A DNA stretch of 64,000 nucleotides from Octopus vulgaris (taxonomy: Eukaryota). A program made the position numbers and the translations under genes. Below the pieces are notes generated by a model that was not told where the DNA came from, ran no database searches, and saw nothing but the letters and a program-made list of their open reading frames with translations. This document shows positions 17,576 to 28,817 of the stretch, piece after piece. Positions within the stretch are counted from its first letter, which is position 1, and the number at the start of each line of letters is the position of its first letter. The stretch lies in NCBI GenBank assembly GCA_951406725.2, contig OX597819.1, positions 123,628,001 to 123,692,000 on the forward strand, written 5' to 3'.

Positions 17576-20075
17576 GCGCATACATACATATGCACATATA
17601 TACACATACACACATATACACGCATACACATACATGTGTACATATACATATGCACACATACATATATATACACATATATACATATATGTGCATACATACA
17701 TATGTATATATATATATGTATATAATCTTAGGAGAGAAGGTAATTGGGGGTGATGAAGGAACGGTGCTGTGGTGGGGGCGGTGGGTTGTTGGTGGGGTGT
17801 CGTCAATCGGGTGGCCTGGTGGGTCTGTAATTTTTGTAGTTTGCATAGATTTTGTGCATACAGTTTGGGGAGTGTTCCGAGATCTTGTTGAGGAAAGGGC
17901 CTTTGTCGGATAAGATCTCCAAGCTCTCAGAAATGCAAAGGTCACAGCAAGTGTGGCCTCCCGTGTAAGAACGCGCTCTCTGGAGTAGTCTCTACTTTAT
18001 CTTGAAGGGGATTGAGTTCCTTTTAAGGTGCCAGATATGGGCGGCGAGAGTAGTCTGGTTAGATTTGTCCCGTCGCTGGAACGAATGTGTGTGGGCGTAC
18101 CAGCGAGTCTTAAAACTATTTGAGGTCATTCCGATGTACGATTTTCTTTTATCATCGGGGCCTGATCGTACATCGCATATGTAGACGAGATCTTTCTGTA
18201 GGCAGTTGTTGTTGAGGGGGCAAGTAGTCTTATCAGGGCCGTTGCAATTGCAGTTGCTGTCGGATGCTGGATGGGCTTCGGAAAAAGTAGATTTATTAAG
18301 TTTTTTGACGTTATTGTTGGCTAGGTTCTTAGCTAGATTGGGTGTGGTGGAGTAGGAGAGTCTAATGGTGTTCTTATTAAGGATTGTATAGTACTTATGT
18401 TGGGTAGGGAAGTGTTTTTGTAAGAGAGTGAAGAAAATTTTAGCTACAGGTGTTGAGACTTCACGGTTAAAGGGGGGGTTGTACCAGCTAATGTTTCTTC
18501 GCCTATTATTCTTGGGTGGGCGTGGGGCTATGCAAATGTAGGTGATCTTATCTCTAAAGCCACTGCGGGCCAGGGCCTCGTTGTAATAGGGGGCTGCGGC
18601 ATTAAAGATATCCTCGGTGGCAGAGAGGCTAGATATCCTAATGGAGACACTTTTCACTAGGTTGTCTAATATATTTTTGGGGTGGTTAGAATTAATGTCT
18701 ATGTATCTAAGGGATTCATTAGGTTTATGGTACGGGTAATAAAGGGAGGTTTCTAAATCGAGGGTAACGTCAAGGAAGTTAGCTTTGGTTAAGTTCGAAT
18801 CTAAGGTAATCCTAAGGCATAAGTTTTTTAAAAAAGTGTAAAGGTTTTTCCGGAACCCATCCGTGGTCCTGGGGTTTATTTTGTGGAGGGCAAAAAGGCC
18901 ATCATCGCGGTAGAGACCACCGGAGAGGCCTGTGAATAGGGTCTTCAACCTATGGAGGATGAATAGGCCCACAAGGTCACTTATTTCAGCCGAGTCGCTA
19001 GCACCCATGCTGACGTCGAAGGGGGTCTCGGATTTTTTGTTGATCCAGTGGGATCCGTCATGGTAAGAAAGATCTTACGTGCATGGAGGATCACATCCTG
19101 CTCGGCTTCGGTGATGGTGGAGAAGGTCCTAGCGAAGTTAATCGCGTCAATCAGCAGGCTCTCCGATATAGAGGCGTAGTATTCCTCGATATCTAATTGT
19201 AGGAAGCGGGTGTTGCTCTTGTCAGGTAAATCCCGGAACCAAGTTATTGCCTCGGAAGTCCTATTCCAGAGTGGAAGGGGTGAGGCTTCACGTATTTTAG
19301 GTAAAATCCTGTCCAGGATCTTCTTGCTGACGGATCCAATGTCAGACTTGGTTGGGTTAATCAGTCGGACCGATGGCTTATTGTAGAAATTTTTTTTGTG
19401 GTCTTTCAGGGTGAAGTGTGGGGGCTTCACCCTCAGAGGTTCTGTTCGGTCATCCAGTTTAAGGGAAGTGGCGATCTTCTTCCCGGCTAAGTTAGTTTCA
19501 GTTAAAGCCGTGTCATCGACTTTTTTGTACTTAGCAGTGATGGCGTTATCAGCTAGTCTGTTGTAGGTATCGGAAATCACCGCGTAAATATTTTTTGTTT
19601 TGTCGGAAGGGACATGGAGGTGCGGGGAGCTTTTCATTTTCGGGAGTTTCTCATTAAGGTCCGTTTGGAAAGGTAGGTTGACTTTCCTGAATTTTATATT
19701 TTTTATCATAAGGAAGAGGTCTTCTTCAAAGGGTTCAAGTAGGCTGTTGGTGGGAGGAGCCTTATTAGATTTGAAGCCGTACATTTCATTATTGGTAGAT
19801 GCTACATCAGGGTGGTCGAAAAAGAACGATCTCCATCTAATTCGTTTGATGAACTCATCAGTCCGTCTAATGAGGGCTTTTAGGTATTGTTTCCTTGGTG
19901 GGATAGGAATGTTCTTCAGGGAAGTGTTGAGGTCGATTCTTGTCAGCATTATTTCTTGGAGATGGTTATAAGGGTACTAGGGTATGTTAGGATATGTAGG
20001 TTCCGGGTTGAGTCGGGGTTAACCACAGTAAATAAGGTACTCAATACATAGCAGAGTAAAGTAATTTATTTTATA
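16717..20075 (-). mobile_element. Near full-length Penelope-like element (RT + C-terminal GIY-YIG, possibly Nematis-like)
   Basis: ORF pieces 18981-19949 and 17992-19008: KNIPIP, LQLDIEEYYASIS, MGASDSAEISDLVG, LYRDDG, FLDVTL, CNC..CPL..C, VY..YIGMT; the frame reads on past TAG at 17992 to CDLC..LNK.SE..CMH (~17804). Confidence 0.9.
16732..16782 (-). ncRNA. Type I hammerhead ribozyme in PLE 3' pseudo-LTR
   Basis: AGCUUC-CUGAAGA-UUUCAUCUGAAU-GAAA-CAG(UUCUAGUC)CUG-UA^-GAAGCU: 6-bp stem I, conserved core, stem III and GUA cleavage triplet. Confidence 0.85.
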
Positions 20076-20578
20076 TTATATATGTGTATGTATATATATA
20101 TATATATGTATTATGTGTATGTATGTATATATATGTGCGTATGTATGTATGCATATGTATATTCGCATGTGTATGTATGTGTGTTTATATGTATATTTAT
20201 TTATTTTATATTTTTTATGTTTTTTCATGTATATTTATCTATTTATTCCCTCCACCTAACAATAACAAACTGCCTACCTCTTCTTGACCACCAAAAAGCA
20301 ATTGTCTTCTAATTTACCTAAAATCCCATCCCATATATCAGTTGAAATACTATTCTCGGGGTTTCTATTCATTTATTCTATTTATTCATTTATCTATTTT
20401 CTCACTGATTCTTCTCATTTCAAAAAACACTCTGGCCTTTTGACCACTCCCCTAAGAACAATAGCTTGTGCCCTGTTTATCTCCTAAATACCAACCTACC
20501 CAAAAAACGTCCCCCCTGCCACCACCACTCCATTAAATCTGCTTAAATGCATAAATACCAGAACTTATTTTGACAGCA

Positions 20579-20629
20579 AGCTTCCTGAAGATTTCATCTG
20601 AATGAAACAGTTCTAGTCCTGTAGAAGCT
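20579..20629 (+). ncRNA. Type I hammerhead ribozyme in inverted pseudo-LTR copy
   Basis: Same sequence and fold as 16732-16782, opposite orientation. Confidence 0.85.
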
Positions 20630-20720
20630 CCTTCTATAAAATAAATTACTTTACTCTGCTATGTATTGAGTACCTTATTTACTGTGGTTAACCCCGACTC
20701 AACCCGGGACCTACATATAA

Positions 20721-20817
<97 letters not shown>

Positions 20818-20967
20818 CATATATATATATATACATACATATATATATATATACATACATATATATATACATATATATATATACATACATATATATATAC
20901 ATACATATATATATATGTATGTATATATATATATGTATGTATATATATATGTATGTATATATATATG

Positions 20968-21074
<107 letters not shown>

Positions 21075-21165
21075 TTATATGTAGGTCCCGGGTTGAGTCA
21101 GGGTTAACCACAGTAAATAAGGTACTCAATACATAGCAGAGTAAAGTAATTTATTTTATAGAAGG

Positions 21166-21216
21166 AGCTTCTACAGGACTAGAACTGTTTCATTCAGATG
21201 AAATCTTCAGGAAGCT
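21166..21216 (-). ncRNA. Type I hammerhead ribozyme in third pseudo-LTR copy
   Basis: Same sequence and fold as 16732-16782. Confidence 0.85.
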
Positions 21217-21299
21217 GGCTGTCAAAATAAGTTCTAGTATTTATGCATTTAAGCAGATTTAATATATATACATATATATATATATATACATATATATAC

Positions 21300-21334
<35 letters not shown>

Positions 21335-22165
21335 CATATATATACACGTATGTATGAATATTTTATGCAGTCACTGCTTATGAACAAGCAGAGGATCGGT
21401 CATTGTTTTCACGTCTGTTATTGCTCTTAGCAATATAGGCGACTCATGGTATGCTGGCCAACAAGATAATGGCACATACACGGAAATGTGTTAGACTAAC
21501 CAAGGACTCTTCTACGTTGCTGCTAAATATCCCCAAGTCCTCAGCTGTGATCCCAGAAGGATGCAGCGTTACGTTTTTGTTTAATTTAATTTGGGGTTTA
21601 AAAGAGGGAACGCCATACATGATTGAATAGTCAACAGAAGCAGGCGATGAAAATTTTGCTCTCCCAAGAGGTCAAGAATCCCACAAAATTATTTGGACCT
21701 GCGGGCCTTCTTAAATTCAAATATGAAACGTTTAGTCAGTATCCTCAAGAGAGAAATTTTGTATAGCAGACGTGGGTTTGCCCACTCCGTGAGAACGGAT
21801 TGGAGAGCGTACATAAACTGACACTTTTTCAAACACAACTGCAACCGTTCCATTATCGCTGCTTGTCATTCAATGACTGAAACCAGTACATTAACAATAA
21901 ATACGCACATACATGTGCACCACACACACGGACTCACACACACATACGCACATACATATATACTTGGTTACAAGAACACAATTAAGAATGTGAAATGAAG
22001 AAAGCAAAATTTATCTATGAAATTTGAAAATGATATAATATGGGGTATCGTGCTGAATAATCATGCTAATAATAATAAGATAGGCATTGTTAAAAAGATT
22101 ATGTAAAAGATAATGTAATTCGCCGAATTTACAGAACGAGTTCTCATCAAAAGTTTCTGAATACC

Positions 22166-22398
22166 TATTTCTTTATTACCCACAAGGGGCTAAACATAGA
22201 GGGGACAAACAAGGACAGACATAGGTATTAAGTCGATTACATCGACCCCAGTGCGTAAATGGTATTTAATTTATTGACCTCGAAAGGATGAAAGGTAAAG
22301 TCGACCTCGGAGGAATTTGAACTCACAACGTAACGGCAGACGAAATACCGCTAGGCATTTCGCTCGGCGTGCTAACGGTTCTGCCAGCTCGCCGCCTT
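22166..22398 (-). mobile_element. SINE family 2 with 16-bp TSD
   Basis: aaagtttctgaatacc occurs on both sides. Confidence 0.85.
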
Positions 22399-22538
22399 AA
22401 AGTTTCTGAATACCACTAAAGAATGGATTTTAGGACAGAAATAATTTATTTGATTAGGGCATATGTGTACACATGAAATGACCTCAAATTCTAGGCTTCT
22501 GAGCGACTTTAGCTATTTGCATCCCCATTACATATATA

Positions 22539-22749
22539 TGTTGTAGCGGACACCCCCAGGTGAGATGAGGGCTGGTCCAGTACTAATAAATAGTGAAATG
22601 AGACGGTCAGTAATGCCAGTCAGCGAGGTACGCTGTTCGGGCCAGTCCGACAGAGACGACAAAATACTTCGTCATAATGCAGAACATAACAGTGGCGGAG
22701 AGGATCCGTAGCTCATACAGCCACTGATATGTTGTAGCGGAACATAACA
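22539..22749 (+). mobile_element. Possible LTR remnant: TG...CA LTR, PBS-like site and collapsed second LTR
   Basis: tgttgtagcgga...aataaa...gaacataaca, then gtggcggagaggat, then tgttgtagcgg/aacataaca. Confidence 0.45.
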
Positions 22750-23714
22750 AGGACAAAGGAACAGGGGGAATGTAATTAAATCAATCAGCTTACAGCTTTT
22801 TCGATTATTCGAGACTCGACATTCAGATTTGATTGTTAGTGCGACGTCATAGTTTTATCAGAAGCATTACATGAAGTGTTTGTTTATTTAGGAAAGCATT
22901 TACATATATTAGTTGCATACACATAGACATATGTTTGGAAAGCAAACTTTTTACCATTCAGCCACGCTTGTGCCTTAAAATAGGTTGATGTGAAGCAGAG
23001 CAATGTCTATATGTGTTAGAATGATCAGATGATCTCTTCTGTTCTTGTCGAGAAGAATGCTAACCGTCTTTCCTTTTTTACAATACGTTTGCTTAAAAAG
23101 TCACACGGTACCTGTCATTCGTGGTAGTGGATGTAATAGCGGCAGCCGTCTTGGCTGTTAGTGAAAGAGGTGTATGGCAAGGTTGCAGTAATAATACCAC
23201 AATGCCTGTTAAAGTACTTAGCTTAACTAGTAGCAGTCGTTGGGTGACTTTAGGATAAGTTGTAGTAGCTTTGGTGTTAATTGTCTTCCTTTCTCTATCT
23301 CAGGTATTCAAACGTGGTGGGAATTTGGTTATGTCGGTTAATCTTTTGTTGAGGGGTTGCTGATAAATTGGGTGATTGCTAAACTGATACAGTTTGGTGC
23401 GTCTTACCTGCACATGTGTCTGTATAAACACGGAGTCCTATTTGTCTATATTCCTGTCTTTAATTTGGACAAACAGGAGATTCCTCGTGACAATGCATGA
23501 TAGCTTGGATCACAAATAAAAATATGAGAATACACAAAAATACCAACAAATAAGTAAAGTGGAATAAGTTTTATGTTCTGCATTTGTGCATCTAATGTAG
23601 TGTCTAGATTATTTAGTTATACTCACGAACATACACGTGTGATACACATAGGAATTATTACATAGTTTAAGTCCACAAGTATTACGGCCAGTTTCATGAA
23701 ACAGAATGACGGAA

Positions 23715-24016
23715 AAAGAGAGAGAGACAGAGAGACAGAGAGAGAGAAAGAAAGAGAGTGAGAGAGACAGAGACAGAGACAGAGAAAGAAAGAGAGTGAG
23801 AGAGAGAGAAAGAGACAGAGAAAGAAAGAGACAGAGAGAAAGAAAGAGACAGAGAGAAAGAAAGAGACAGAGAGAAAGAAAGAGACAGAGAGAGAAAGAG
23901 ACAGAGAGAGAAAGAGACAGAGAGAAAGAAACAGAGAGAGAGAGAGAGAAAGAAACAGAGAGAGAAAGAGACAGAGAGAGAAAGAGAGAGAGAGGAAGAG
24001 AAAGAAAGAGAGAGAG
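23715..24016 (+). repeat. Compound (AG)-rich microsatellite/minisatellite
   Basis: agagaaagaaagagacag-type units. Confidence 0.95.
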
Positions 24017-24309
24017 CTGAGCTTTTATGAGATCGACGTGGGCTGGTGGATTTCATTGTATAAATCAGCCATTACATCCGAAATTGATCACCGCTTCTTC
24101 TAGAAACTGGCAAAGCGAAAAGTAGAATTTTTTGCTTGCTATTCCTAAAAATTAATATACCATAAAATATAGACATTGCAAAAGAGACAGAACGCAGATT
24201 ATTTTTGGAATTATCCTCCATAGTTTATCTTAAATGCAACGATGTATATTGTGTTCATATTAACACATGCACACAGCCAGACACATTCAACCACATATGT
24301 GCATATATA

Positions 24310-24510
24310 TAGGGAGAGTTTACGAAAAAACAAAACACGAAGAACAGGTGGAGTAGAAAACAAACAGATGTGTTAGTATAACGCTCAGGAATAGAAAAAG
24401 TCTTTTACGTTTCAAGCCTACGCTCTTCTACAGAAAGGGACACAGAAAAAAACAAGGTGAGAAAAAAGTGTGTGTAGTGGCTAACGATCTATCATAACGA
24501 TCTATCATGT
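24310..24510 (-). mobile_element. Solo PLE pseudo-LTR related to 13772-13960 (relatives at 3120-3245, 37310-37430, 52190-52310)
   Basis: Shared ctg(t/a)gaagagcgtaggct(c/t)gaaacgt motif and downstream sequence, ending at (TA)n. Confidence 0.7.
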
Positions 24511-24764
24511 ATATATATACAGATAAGGAGATAATATTATTCTCAAACGCATGATAATGTTAATAATATAGTATGAACAGGATAAACTAGCCATATTTTG
24601 CAGAAAAATCTGTCTTTCAAATATCTTTACATTTAATTTTTCCAAAATTTAAATGTTTCCATGCTTACAGTTGAAGAAGCCTCAATGACTGAAACTGGTA
24701 CTGAAATGATTTTTATAAAATTATTTAGTATTTTCTACCTTGACATTTTTTCCATATATATATA

Positions 24765-25053
24765 TCACCGTGACCGACCAGGGTAGCAGATGCTACACAT
24801 CGCTGGTCACAATGCGTTTCGCATTGTTTTAGCCTTCAAATGATGCCACCCCGCTGGCTAAGCGAGCAGGCCCACAGAAGTGAGAGAAAGAGTGAGAGAA
24901 AGTTGTGGGGAAAAAGTACAGCAGGGATGGCCACCTACCCCTGCCGGAGCCGCGTGGAGCTTTAGGTGTTTTCGCTCAATAAACACTCACAACGCCCGGT
25001 CTGGAAATCGAAACCGCGAGTCCGCTGCCCTAACCACTGGGCCATTGCGCCTC

Positions 25054-25055
<2 letters not shown>
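24765..25055 (-). mobile_element. tRNA-headed SINE with RTE-like 3' tail
   Basis: Head ggcgcaatggcccagtggttagg; tail cattgtgaccagcgatgtgtagca...ctggtcggtcacggtgat(TA)n. Confidence 0.8.
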
Positions 25056-25097
<42 letters not shown>

Positions 25098-25101
<4 letters not shown>

Positions 25102-25961
25102 ATAGAGGGCATTAATACACATAAATGCCTCACACTAAGAGGGACAAAGTCATTACTACCAAAATTACACTAATCATACCTAAATGCAGTTCTTCAAAGC
25201 AAGACATTTAAAAAATGAATCTAGTTCTGTATCACCGTGATTTCACATTTAACTTACGTCTTATGATCCTCAGCAGAACTGATTCTGAACACATCATAAA
25301 TAAACCACCAACCTTACCTAGCGAAAACGAACAGACATCAATTCACTCCGGCCAAGCACATGGAATGTTTATAAATCATATATTCGGTAAATGGCGGGCT
25401 TCTTCGAACTGCATGTCGGGTAGGAAAAGTATTTCGGAATAAATTTAACAATTAAGGATAACTTCTTAATAAGGGATCTTAACAAGAAATTATCAGGTAG
25501 TTAGCGTGAAAACCTCATAAAAGAAAAGAATTCGAAAATAATTTTTTTCTTTTGAACAAATAAACATTCCATGTGCTTGGCCGGAGTGAATAGATGTCTG
25601 TTCGTCTTCGCTAGGTAAGGTTGGTGGTTTATTTATGATGTGTTCAGAATCAGTTCTGCTGAGGATCATAAGACGTAAGTTAAATGTGAAATCACGGTGA
25701 TACAGAACTAAATTCATTTTTTAAATGTCTTGCTTTGAAGAACTGCATTTAGGTATGATTAGTGTAATTTTGGTAGTAATGACTTTGTCCCTCTTAGTGT
25801 GAGGCATTTATGTGTATTAATTCCCTCTATACAATATAGATATAATTAATTTGTTCAAAAGAAAAAAATTATTTTCGAATTCTTTTCTTTTATGAGGTTT
25901 TCACGCTAACTACCTGATAATTTCTTGTTAAGATCCCTTATTAAGAAGTTATCCTTAATTG

Positions 25962-25963
<2 letters not shown>
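25098..25963. repeat. Interleaved inverted repeats A-u-B-A'-B'
   Basis: 25098-25371 is the reverse complement of ~25560-25835; 25446-25561 is the reverse complement of ~25850-25963. Confidence 0.9.
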
Positions 25964-25992
<29 letters not shown>

Positions 25993-25997
<5 letters not shown>

Positions 25998-27610
25998 AAA
26001 TATTAGGGAATAAATCCAAACTTACAGGGAAAAATCAGATTTAGGATTAAATCCAATGTTATAGTATAAATATATTATATTATATTACATTAAATTAGAG
26101 ATAAAACCACTATTAGGCAAATCAAACAATGAAAAACATAAGCCAATACATAAAATTAATTTAATTTATATTATTTTAAATATATATCAAAAGTATTAAA
26201 AGTTTAATAAAAGATAAAGAGTAAAACACTACGATCGTTTCATGGCTGTACAATTCGAATAACAATAATTTAAATTCAATTAATAATTCGAGTTATGGTT
26301 ACAGTCAATCTTCAGGTTAATTGAAATATCTAAATATAATCAGAAATATTTAAACAATATTTTTAAGATATAAATAATATAATAATATTACTTATAATAA
26401 ACTCTATTATCAAACTAGAAACATAAAACTTAACAATTATGATTATATCAAAATCGACTATAATGTTAAATATTAAATTTAATTTATAAGGTAGGAAACC
26501 CACCAATAATCTAATATCGGTACTAATCTATATCTAATTACATAAATATTTAAAAATGACTATTATATATAAATTATCAATGAAAATATATAAATGTACA
26601 TAAATATTATAATTAAGATCTAAAATAATCTCTATAAATAAATATATATGCACATATAATAAAAACCTAATAAATTAATATTTCATATTTAAAGATGAAA
26701 TAGCTAATTTCAAAATACAAATAAACAAACTTAAACGAACTTTCGGAAATCTTATGTAAAATACTTATAGAAATAATCATTTCGTTGTAATATAGTATCG
26801 AATAAATACTACAAATACTATAAATATAATTATCAATGGGAATAACTAGCGAATATCAATTTAAAAAAACAATAACAAAGTTATGCTATTAAATTAGACA
26901 TGGCCTGGACCAATCTTTAGTCGAAACATATCTAAGTTTATCAAAGTTTATCTAATTTAATTATAAGAAATTTAAAACTACAATTAATACTATTAAAACA
27001 TGTATATACAAAAGCCTAACTTTATACACCTCGTATACTTGCTATCAAACAACAAATCTATCGCTAAGTAGTATCTTACGAATAAACTTAAATTTAATAT
27101 CTAATAATATAGAAAATTACGATAATTAGATCATTACATAAAAAACGATATTTACATAAGTAAAATATTAATACACCAAAGACTTATACAATATTAAAAT
27201 TTACAATTTGAAGATCTTAAATATAAATAAATACTTATCTTAGCGAGGTTTAGTAATGAACAAAAATTTTGAATCGGAAAACCTCTTTACAGCGTTTATA
27301 AGAATACTTGTGGAATTACGTTATTAGCAAAAAAAGAATAAATTGTTGAAGAATTCATTAAGCGTGAGGAACATACGCTTTATCAATGAGATTGTGAATG
27401 GGAACATTAATGGTTTATCAGTGTAAATAGAATGAAGTCACAAATAAAGAATAAAATCACTCTATACAATAATATTTATTAATAAAATAACTATGATAAA
27501 TATTACTTAATACAAAATAAATTAAATAATTTAAATGATTAAAAACCACTAATTATTAAATATATTCTAAAAATCTTATATGATTAATAAATATATAGAA
27601 AAAATTTATA
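25993..27610 (-). mobile_element. AT-rich non-coding PLE-type 3' end/pseudo-LTR with hammerhead-like motif (26228-26318); pLTR fragments at 12824-12965, 13293-13485, ~36160-36230
   Basis: CUGAAGA-UGACUGUA...UACAGCCA-U-GAAA-CGAUCG-UA on the minus strand; repeated terminal sequence flanked by (TA)n. Confidence 0.6.
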
Positions 27611-27612
27611 TA

Positions 27613-28741
27613 TATCTGTGCTATCGTTATTGTTTTTGCGTATTTTTGAATTTTTTTCGAGTAACATCGTCCGTTTTTCCGTCACCGTGTTGTATACTTT
27701 CGAGGTTTTCTTCCAAGGAATCTAATGCGACTGGCTTAGATTTCCCTTGGCGGGCTGCCCAGATTGGAGCAATCTCAAGATTAATCAGCCGAAATTGCGA
27801 AGATGATCTGGTTCTTGACTGATGACTGAGAGCTTCGAAAGTCCCGTCTGTGTGTGTTTTTTTGTCGTCTTCAAAATGTTTCACGTTCTTGTCCCAGTTT
27901 GTATTTTTTTAACGTTTACATATATACACGGCGGCTACGTATCCTACCTTTTGACCCTATACTGTAAGTATATTACTCTCTAAGTATATTACTCTCTAAC
28001 ATTGGTTCGACTCGACTTCACTGTCTCTTTCCCCCCCCCTCCTACTTTTCTCTGCCTTCACCCTTTGCACTCCCCTTGTTCTGTCTCTTTCCCTCTTTTT
28101 CTTCTCCTCCCTTGTTCCCCTTCTTTCTTTCTCTCTTCCTCCGTCCCTCCTCTCCCACATTTCTCTGCCTCTCAGACCTTATACCCCACTTGACCTGTCC
28201 CTTTCTCTCTCTTGCTTCCCTCTTCATCTGTCCCTTTCTCCTTTTTGTGCTCACGTGACCAGCTAGCTACTACTGCCTTTTCGCATCAAGTAGTTGGTGT
28301 GACCACCCGTATTTGTTTGTGCTCCGTTTGCCTTCAGGCACTTGTTCCACAGCCAGCCTATACTCAACTCGTCCTGTCGAAAGACGCTTGTCCTGACGTC
28401 CTGGTTTTGTTATTATTGTTTTTACGTTATTTTGTGTTCTTATCTGTGCTATCGTTATTGTTTTTGCGTATTTTTGAATTTTTTTCGAGTAACATCGTCC
28501 GTTTTTCCGTCACCGTGTTGTATACTTTCGAGGTTTTCTTCCAAGGAATCTAATGCGACTGGCTTAGATTTCCCTTGGCGGGCTGCCCAGATTGAAGCAA
28601 TCTCAAGATTAATCAGCCGAAATTGCGAAGATGATCTGGTTCTTGACTGATGACTGAGAGCTTCGAAAGTCCTGTCTGTGTGTGTTTTTTTGTCGTCTTC
28701 AAAATGTTTCACGTTCTTGTCCCAGTTTGTGTTTTTTTAAC

Positions 28742-28748
<7 letters not shown>
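27613..28748. mobile_element. Non-coding element with ~310-bp direct terminal repeats (third copy of the repeat at 58645-58862)
   Basis: 27613-27922 matches 28441-28748; flanked by TA runs; no credible ORF. Confidence 0.75.
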
Positions 28749-28807
<59 letters not shown>

Positions 28808-28817
28808 AATTTTTTTT

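Noticed and set aside
17992-17994. In-frame stop in the PLE endonuclease considered as possible selenocysteine recoding
   Set aside because: The codon is TAG, not TGA, at a likely Trp position; simple mutation is more plausible
21360-23690. Relatively unique sequence that might hold host exons
   Set aside because: No ORF or protein motif that I could support
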